A stretch of DNA of 64,000 nucleotides. Origin: Methanobacteriota archaeon (GTDB taxonomy: Archaea; Thermoplasmatota; Thermoplasmata; SG8-5; JAGLSY01). The translations under genes and the position numbers were made by a program. How positions within the stretch are numbered: the first letter of the stretch is position 1; every line of letters starts with the position of its first letter. This document shows positions 57,494-64,000 of the stretch, piece by piece. The stretch covers positions 96,001 to 160,000 of the forward strand of contig JAEHCO010000003.1 in NCBI GenBank assembly GCA_020697715.1, in the 5' to 3' direction. The notes under the pieces were generated by a model, which was not told the origin of the DNA, searched no databases, and saw only the letters and a program-made list of their open reading frames with translations.

Positions 57494-58831
57494 TCACCTC
57501 ATGTTCTTTATCGCATTCTCTGAAGCATTTACCAGTTGGTAGGCTATGGGCGATGCTGTGACTGCTGGATGTGTTCCGATCTGGAAAGTGGCCAGGTCAT
57601 CAAAGGTCATCTTTTTCTGAATGCAGGCGCTTACGGTGTTTATCAATTCTCCAGCACTGGAGCCACCTCGTATCTGACCCCCAATTATTTCACCAGTTCT
57701 CTTATTAAATGTTAATTTGACCTTCATCTTCGACATGCCAGGCATTCCACCAGGATGTCTATTTGGAGCTTCTGCTTCACCACATGTTATCTCATAACCC
57801 CTTTCTTTTGCGAGGTCTTCTGTTAGGCCAGCCATGGCAAATACCTTATCTCCGATGGCAGTTGAGAATACTCCAACAGCTCCGTAATTGTGCCTTCTGG
57901 GACTGAAAAGATTGGCTCCAGCTATCCTGGCTTCCATTGTCGCTATTGATGCAAGTCTTAACCCTATCTGCCTTCCTGTGAAGAAAGATGTCTTGCTTGT
58001 ACAATCCCCGCAAGCGAAGATATTGTCATCCGAGGTTCTCATATTCTTGTCTACAACTATTCCTCCTCGATTCACATCAAGGCCTGCATCTGCTGCTAAT
58101 TTTGAATTTGGCTTGACACCAACTCCCACTATCAAAAGATCCGCCTTCAATTCCTGACCATTGGATAATCTAACACTGGAAATTGACTCGTCTCCATTGA
58201 CCTCTTCAAGCTTGACACCTGTTATGATATTCACGCCTCTTTCCTTCAGAGCCTCTCCAGCCTCGATACACAGATCCTCCTCGAAGGCCAGCATCAGACA
58301 ATGTGGCATAAGCTCAACAATTGTCACATTCGCATCTCTGTTCTTCTTGCATTCATCAGCGAACTCGACACCGATGAATCCGCCACCCAGTATCACGATG
58401 TCCTTTGCATCGTTCACTGCATCCAGCATCTTGTTAAGATGATTCACTTCCTTTTTCACGGTGAAGACATTCTTCTTATCCAACCCAGGTATCGGCAGAT
58501 CAAGAGGCTCCGAGCCTATAGCCATGATGAGCTTGTCATATCTCACTTCTTCGCCATTAGCTGTGCTTACTATCTTCTGAGTTTTGTCTATACTCTTTAC
58601 CTCGTCTATCAATAACTCTATTTCATTGTTGGACAGAACACCATCTGGTATCATATTGTTGTCAGGGGAATTCACGGTCCCATAGATATATGGAATTCCA
58701 CAGGGTATCTGGACCTGCTTTTCTTTCCTTATCAACATTACATTCTTTTCTGGATAGTGCCTACGGCAAGTTATGGCCGCGGGTATTCCAGCTGCGCTCC
58801 CTCCGATAACTACTACATCTGTTTGTTTCAT
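57494..58831 (-). CDS. FAD-dependent pyridine nucleotide-disulfide oxidoreductase (NADH oxidase/CoADR-like)
   Basis: GGSAAG, PCGIPY redox Cys, GGGFIG and ACGDC motifs. Confidence 0.9.
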   Translation of the reverse strand: MKQTDVVVIGGSAAGIPAAITCRRHYPEKNVMLIRKEKQVQIPCGIPYIYGTVNSPDNNMIPDGVLSNNEIELLIDEVKSIDKTQKIVSTANGEEVRYDKLIMAIGSEPLDLPIPGLDKKNVFTVKKEVNHLNKMLDAVNDAKDIVILGGGFIGVEFADECKKNRDANVTIVELMPHCLMLAFEEDLCIEAGEALKERGVNIITGVKLEEVNGDESISSVRLSNGQELKADLLIVGVGVKPNSKLAADAGLDVNRGGIVVDKNMRTSDDNIFACGDCTSKTSFFTGRQIGLRLASIATMEARIAGANLFSPRRHNYGAVGVFSTAIGDKVFAMAGLTEDLAKERGYEITCGEAEAPNRHPGGMPGMSKMKVKLTFNKRTGEIIGGQIRGGSSAGELINTVSACIQKKMTFDDLATFQIGTHPAVTASPIAYQLVNASENAIKNMR

Positions 58832-58860
58832 CCATCTAACCTTCTTAACGATTTTTAACA

Positions 58861-58873
58861 CTGTTATTAACAG
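58861..58873. promoter_or_regulatory. Palindrome CTGTTATTAACAG at the predicted TSS
   Basis: 6-bp inverted repeat about 23 nt downstream of TTTTATAAA (58904-58896, minus strand). Confidence 0.4.
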
Positions 58874-58932
58874 CGTTACGTACAATGGCCGATGGTTTAT
58901 AAAACCCTACGATAATGATAGTTAAGTTTTAA

Positions 58933-59760
58933 TCAATTCCTCGAATCCTCAATGTTCTTGATTATATCCATGAAGGCTTTGGCAGAATCCGTATTTCCCT
59001 TAACAACTGGATTACCAGAATCACCCATGATCACCATTTGTGGGTCAACAGGAACTGCTCCCAGGAAAGCGACATCCATTTCTTTGGCTGTTCTTTCTCC
59101 TCCACCTATCTTGAAAAGGTCTATGGTCTCCGAGCAATGAGGGCATTTGAAACCACTCATGTTCTCGATTATCCCGAGAACCGGCATCTTCAAGGCTCTT
59201 GCGAAGCTCACTGATTTTCTCGAATCCAGAAGGGCAACATCCTGAGGCGTTGAGACGATGATCGCCTCGGCCTGGGGTATCTTCTGGGCAATACTGAGAG
59301 GTTCGTCCCCTGTTCCGGGTGGTAGATCCACGACCAGGTAGTCTAATTCACCCCAATTGAAATCTCCCAAGAACTGATCGATAAGCTGCATCTTCATAGC
59401 CCCTCTCCATATGACTGGTGCATCTTTATCCGGAAGCAGGAAGGCCATGGACAATACGCTGAGATTATCTGATACTTTGATGGGCTTCAGTGTTTCATCA
59501 TCCAATTCCAGTTCTCTATCTTCTATGCCCAGCATCTTCGGAACATTAGGTCCATGAATATCAACATCCATGAGACCGACCTTATAGCCTTGGTCTGCAA
59601 GACCTGTGGCCAGGTTCACGGCTACAGTGGTCTTTCCAACCCCGCCTTTTCCGCTCATTATTATCAGCTTGTTCTTGATCTTGCTGATATTGTACATAAT
59701 TCTTGCATTCAGTTCCGCTGCTTCTTTGTTGGGTGCGCCCATACCACATGATTCTGCCAT
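58933..59760 (-). CDS. mrp: Mrp/NBP35 Fe-S carrier ATPase
   Basis: SGKGGVGKT, DVDIHGP, PVIWRG, DLPPGTGD and ENMS..CPHC motifs. Confidence 0.93.
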   Translation of the reverse strand: MAESCGMGAPNKEAAELNARIMYNISKIKNKLIIMSGKGGVGKTTVAVNLATGLADQGYKVGLMDVDIHGPNVPKMLGIEDRELELDDETLKPIKVSDNLSVLSMAFLLPDKDAPVIWRGAMKMQLIDQFLGDFNWGELDYLVVDLPPGTGDEPLSIAQKIPQAEAIIVSTPQDVALLDSRKSVSFARALKMPVLGIIENMSGFKCPHCSETIDLFKIGGGERTAKEMDVAFLGAVPVDPQMVIMGDSGNPVVKGNTDSAKAFMDIIKNIEDSRN

Positions 59761-59880
59761 TTTCCATTCCTCCAAGATACATTTGAGTATACCTGGTATC
59801 AACCCGTCAAAGTATTTATTATTATAACCTTAACGCCATTAACAATATTAAATAATTAATAAAAAGTGTGGGGTCGACCA

Positions 59881-60081
59881 TCATTCGGTCGATCCCATTG
59901 TTCTACGACCTCTGCCGCGTCCCCTTCCAGCTCCACGACCACGTCCACCGCCTCCACGGGCCATGCCCATCCTTCCTTCGGGGTTCGTGTATCCTGGTTC
60001 TTCTTTTCCAGCGCAGTATCCCATACCGCGCCCTGTCTTTGGTCCTTGACCTTCTGGCCCTGTTTTATCTCCTCTTGGTAT
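59881..60081 (-). CDS. DUF5320-like Gly/Arg-rich small protein with ATA start (not in ORF track)
   Basis: SD GGAGGTGA, then ATA-PRGDKTGPEGQGPKTGRGMGYC...GRGRGRGRR; 66 aa; canonical position after DUF134. Confidence 0.8.
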   Translation of the reverse strand: MPRGDKTGPEGQGPKTGRGMGYCAGKEEPGYTNPEGRMGMARGGGGRGRGAGRGRGRGRRTMGSTE

Positions 60082-60101
60082 CTTCTCACCTCCTTTTTCT
60101 T

Positions 60102-60503
60102 TTATTTTTCTGCCTGGGTCGAATGCCTTCTTCCACGTCCCCTGCGACGATAAGGAAATTGGCTATCAATTTCCTTATCGTCCATCTCTCCCACAATGGA
60201 ATAGGAGCCGCCGGCTATCCTTATAGCACAGCCATTGACCAGTGCGAAGGCGACCTTTCGTCTCGCCTCCATCAGATCGTTCCAGAATGTCCTTCTGGAC
60301 ACGCCCATTTCCATCGAGGCCTCTTCTTGGGTAAGCCCCTCTATGTCTGTGAGTCTCAGTGCCTCTACCTCTACTATGGTCAGGACAATGGTTCTCATAT
60401 CATCGCGAGAAACTCCCACAGGATTGAAGAAGGTGGTCTCTGGCACATTACTGACCCATCTTGGGTTTCGTCCTCTACCTCGGCCACGTCCTCTTCCAGG
60501 CAT
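60102..60503 (-). CDS. DUF134 HTH protein
   Basis: EVEALRLTD.EGLTQEEA..MGVSRRTF..DL..ARRKVA.ALV.G.AIRI.GG. Confidence 0.92.
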   Translation of the reverse strand: MPGRGRGRGRGRNPRWVSNVPETTFFNPVGVSRDDMRTIVLTIVEVEALRLTDIEGLTQEEASMEMGVSRRTFWNDLMEARRKVAFALVNGCAIRIAGGSYSIVGEMDDKEIDSQFPYRRRGRGRRHSTQAEK

Positions 60504-60588
60504 AATATTACATATATGAGAAGAAATATATAAACTTTTTGGCATATTTGAGCAATTAAGCTTCAATTATGTAAGATATACACCCCAT

Positions 60589-63486
60589 CTATTTTTCTAG
60601 CTCATCAAGCACTTTCTGAACCTTATCAATATTTTTTTGGTCGCCCATTTTCTCATATTTTTCTTTGGACATATTTAAAAATTCAATAGACTGGATCTTA
60701 TCACCTTTCTTTTTCCACAAGAGGCCGAAATTATAGTAAAGGTCCGAGAGTTGATTGTGTTCGAGCTCTTCCATTATCTCTCTAGACATCTGTAGATTCT
60801 CTTCAGCTATATCCAGGTCATCCAGAGCCATGTATGCTGTGCCAAGATTGAGATAGCTCATACCCATGCCATCCTTGGTCTTGATCTCCTGAGAGACCTC
60901 CAAAGCGAGCTTTGCATTTTCCAGAGCATCATCTACCTTACCAGATATCAAATTCAACTCGCACAGGCCGTTATAACAGTATATGATGATATATTTGAAG
61001 TCATATTTCAAGCAGATGTCCTTTGCCTCGGTCGTTATCTCGATGGCACGCTCGAACTCTTCCTTTATGTAATAGGCCACATTCATATTGACAAGAGAAA
61101 TGGCCGCCCCTCTCATATCCCCTATTTGCTTCTCGATGCTCACACTCTGTTCGAGATAGGGAATTGCATTATCCGCCTCCCCTCTTCCAAGATAGACAGA
61201 TCCAATATTGGCGAGGGTATTTGCCTCCCCCATCTTATTTCCAAGTTTCTTCGCAACTTCAATTGCTATTTCATAATATTCAAGGGCTTCCTTGTATTCA
61301 CCCTTTCTGGCATACACATTTCCAATATTGTTCACGGTCGCTGATTCTCCAGATATATCATTTACTTCTCTTCGATGATCCAATGCCTTCTGTAGATTAT
61401 TCAATGCTCCATCATAGTCACCTTGATACAGAAGGGTCGATCCCAAGATATGATATATCCTGCCCATCTCCCATTTATTCTTCAGTTTGTCAGCTATATC
61501 CAGGCTCTTTTTGAGTATAGCCTTTGCCTCATCATAATCTCCCTTTCTCATTTCAATATTACCAAGGGTGGTGTACAGCTTCGTCTTTTCAATGCTGATA
61601 TTATCGGCCAGCAATGAAAGGCCGATATTACATTCTTCCTTCCCACTATCGAATTCGCTCTTCTTCTCGTACACATCGGCGATCTTCCTGTGGACATTCG
61701 CCCTGTGGCTGACATCATCGGATGATTCACTAACCGCTCTGTATATGCCGATGGAACCATCGAAATCCCCAGTGACGGAATAAAGGTCACCAAGCCTTTC
61801 TTGCAGATTTATACTCGGGGTGTAATCCCTCATGGTGCTAATGGCCAGTGCTTTTCTGTAGAACTCGATGGCCTGTTCAGGAGCGAATGTGCTCTCAGCT
61901 TTCTCTCCGGCCTTTATGCAATAATCCAAAGCCTTTCTGTGCTCATTGCTGTTCGCGAAATGCCTGGCAAGATCATACAATGCATCATCTATCCTGTTCT
62001 TGTAAGCTGTTTCATAATATTCTCCAATGCTTTTGTGATATGCAATTTTCCATCTGTCAGTCATGCTATTATATGTGACATTGTGGAAGATGGCGTGGGT
62101 GAATTCCGCCTTCTCATTGTCTATGATTATTATGCCAGAATTCTCAAGGCTGCTGAGTGCCATTCGAGGGTCAACGATGGAGGGCAGGGAGCATACGACA
62201 TCGCAACTGAATTCCTTTCCCATGCAGGAAGCGTATTCCGCAAGGGTCATGGCATCCAGGTCCAGGCTCTGAAGCCTTTGGTGAACCACCCCCTCGACCG
62301 AGCTGGGTATGTTGATGCTAACCCTTTCAAGAACATAAGTGCCATTTGATCCACTTATGTCCCCCTCCTCTTCCATATGCCAGAGTATCTCCTTCACAAA
62401 GAGGGGATTTCCCTCGCATTTTGATGAAAGGTCTTCATAAAATGTGGATGGGAAGGAATTGTCTGGATAGAGGTCATTCACAATAGCCGATATACCATCA
62501 CTGCCCAATCTGTCGAGCGCCAGTTCATGCAAAGTGCCCTCTTCCTTCATTATCTTGAGCTTCGCCTCTAGGGTTTCACTCTCCGCAGGCCTGGATGTTC
62601 CCACAATGAGGATATTTTCAAGTCCCACATTACGAGCCAGGTAATTGAGAACAAAGAGAGATGATTCATCCGCCCAGTGCAGATCCTCCAGGATAAGAAG
62701 TAATGATCTCTCCTGTGTCCGAGCCTGTAAGGATGCCAGCACCTCATCCGCGATCCTTATTCTCTCATCATCCAGGTTCATGTTCTCTATGTCCCGACGC
62801 ACCATGAACTTCGACTCGGCCAATAGCGTGATCTCGTCCTGGACTGGTTTCATCTCGCCCATGCTTCCCGACCAATCTTCAAATAACTGGCTGTCTGCCT
62901 CGATAGTATCGAGACAGTTCTTCAAGGACGCTCTCATCCCACTATGCTCCGAACCCTTGAAGACCGCGGTGAGAAATAGATGCTCTCCATGCTCGATCAA
63001 TATGGTCATGTCACCGTATTCCAGACGACCAAGCCCAGACATTTTACCGCCTGTATTGACGAACGAATCTCTTATGAACCCCTGTACCGCGGAAAGCATA
63101 CCTGCGAAAATATCCGCATCCATATCCCCTTCTCCTGAGGATGCCTGGCCAACTAATAATCCCGCACTATCTACTGCAAAGATCTCTGTGAATTTGATAT
63201 ATTCCTGGTCTTGGAATAGGGATGAATCATCCCCCAATGCCTTTGAGAATATTTGAAAAGGTATCAGAGAATCCTCGCTTGCCGAGCCAGAAAGTATATC
63301 CATATTCCCATTACTGGCAATGGAGATCAATTCCTCAATAAGCCTGGTCTTACCTATCCCAGCTTCTCCTGATATCAGAATAGTGCTTCCAGAACCTGTG
63401 GCCACATTATCCAAGCACTGCTGGAGCTGACCCATTTCATTGTCCCTTCCAAATAGCCCCCGGTCTAATATTGGATGATCTAACAT
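60589..63486 (-). CDS. STAND/AAA_16-type ATPase with inserted longin/roadblock-like domain and C-terminal TPR array
   Basis: FGRDNE, GEAGIGKT, LEDLHWAD and GNPLF motifs; many TPRs. Confidence 0.88.
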   Translation of the reverse strand: MLDHPILDRGLFGRDNEMGQLQQCLDNVATGSGSTILISGEAGIGKTRLIEELISIASNGNMDILSGSASEDSLIPFQIFSKALGDDSSLFQDQEYIKFTEIFAVDSAGLLVGQASSGEGDMDADIFAGMLSAVQGFIRDSFVNTGGKMSGLGRLEYGDMTILIEHGEHLFLTAVFKGSEHSGMRASLKNCLDTIEADSQLFEDWSGSMGEMKPVQDEITLLAESKFMVRRDIENMNLDDERIRIADEVLASLQARTQERSLLLILEDLHWADESSLFVLNYLARNVGLENILIVGTSRPAESETLEAKLKIMKEEGTLHELALDRLGSDGISAIVNDLYPDNSFPSTFYEDLSSKCEGNPLFVKEILWHMEEEGDISGSNGTYVLERVSINIPSSVEGVVHQRLQSLDLDAMTLAEYASCMGKEFSCDVVCSLPSIVDPRMALSSLENSGIIIIDNEKAEFTHAIFHNVTYNSMTDRWKIAYHKSIGEYYETAYKNRIDDALYDLARHFANSNEHRKALDYCIKAGEKAESTFAPEQAIEFYRKALAISTMRDYTPSINLQERLGDLYSVTGDFDGSIGIYRAVSESSDDVSHRANVHRKIADVYEKKSEFDSGKEECNIGLSLLADNISIEKTKLYTTLGNIEMRKGDYDEAKAILKKSLDIADKLKNKWEMGRIYHILGSTLLYQGDYDGALNNLQKALDHRREVNDISGESATVNNIGNVYARKGEYKEALEYYEIAIEVAKKLGNKMGEANTLANIGSVYLGRGEADNAIPYLEQSVSIEKQIGDMRGAAISLVNMNVAYYIKEEFERAIEITTEAKDICLKYDFKYIIIYCYNGLCELNLISGKVDDALENAKLALEVSQEIKTKDGMGMSYLNLGTAYMALDDLDIAEENLQMSREIMEELEHNQLSDLYYNFGLLWKKKGDKIQSIEFLNMSKEKYEKMGDQKNIDKVQKVLDELEK

Positions 63487-63543
63487 AGGTTAACGTAATT
63501 GAAATTATACTTCATTAACGTTTGTACATTTCAAGTATCGTGC

Positions 63544-63999
63544 TTATTTTTCCTCGTCAATATCAGTTTCCTCGGTTGATGATTCCTCAGAGTCTTCTTC
63601 TTCCTCTTCTTCAAGGTCTTCCTCGTCCTCTGGTTCATCGTCTACTTCTTCATCCTCATCAGATTCTTCAGAGTCTTCCTCTTCGGTTGGTTCTTCTGGC
63701 TCTTCATCATCCTTCTTCTTGCGTCCAAAGATAAGGATCATTACCAAGACTATGACAACAACGAGAATGATCCACCAGTAGTCTGCCAGGAAATTATCTT
63801 CACTGTCTGCATCGTCATCATCGTCATCGGCTGGATCATCTCCAGTAGGCGTATCATCATCGACATCTGGAACTCCGTCTCCATCATCGTCTGTGTCAGT
63901 ATTGTCACCTACACCATCTCCATCAGTGTCTGTATCTTCGTCAGGATCATCCGGGAAATCATCAGCATTGTCACCTACACCATCCCCGTCTGTGTCTGT
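63544..63999 (-). CDS. C-terminal part of a surface protein with thrombospondin type-3-like Ca-binding repeats, TM helix and acidic tail (5' end outside window)
   Basis: Frame open to the window edge: DTDGDGVGDNADDFPDDP repeats, then YWWIILVVVIVLVMILIFGRKKK. Confidence 0.85.
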   Translation of the reverse strand, partial: TDTDGDGVGDNADDFPDDPDEDTDTDGDGVGDNTDTDDDGDGVPDVDDDTPTGDDPADDDDDDADSEDNFLADYWWIILVVVIVLVMILIFGRKKKDDEEPEEPTEEEDSEESDEDEEVDDEPEDEEDLEEEEEEDSEESSTEETDIDEEK

Positions 64000-64000
64000 G

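Noticed and set aside
59856-60533. Track ORFs 59856-60089 (-) and 59868-60533 (+)
   Set aside because: Shadow frames of the DUF5320-like and DUF134 genes

Overview
Gene-dense archaeal chromosome segment, most likely from a Thermoplasmata-type euryarchaeon; this is inferred from gene content and protein style, not from a search. It contains no CRISPR array, integrase or transposase. Housekeeping blocks include rnhB, the HTH/HMG-CoA synthase/thiolase/DUF35 cluster, hel308, a nurA-herA-mre11-rad50-NUDIX operon, Taw2/Taw1 wyosine enzymes, pelota, PPDK, an LsrF-like aldolase, a DUF4430/ECF-S putative B12 uptake pair next to mat and metF, RFC-L, rps13-rps4-rps11-rpoD, Rqc2, a LeuCD-like pair with an HD protein, a DUF134/DUF5320/Mrp/NifX/MinD-ferredoxin cluster, and three tRNAs. 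Notable observations: (1) a two-hairpin non-coding element with conserved stems and variable loops lies upstream of both SAM synthase and tRNA-Arg, alongside other hairpin-rich intergenic elements; (2) tRNA-Arg(GCG) has a 43-nt intron in the D-loop with a relaxed BHB motif; (3) the mevalonate-cluster thiolase lacks its catalytic Cys and His; (4) a STAND/AAA-TPR protein has a longin/roadblock-like domain inserted in the ATPase; (5) a membrane-anchored BNR propeller with a nested WD40 propeller overlaps the hel308 start; (6) two small genes are missing from the ORF track, an ATA-initiated DUF5320 gene and a leaderless 40-aa membrane peptide. Structures and families were assigned by eye; no computation was run.
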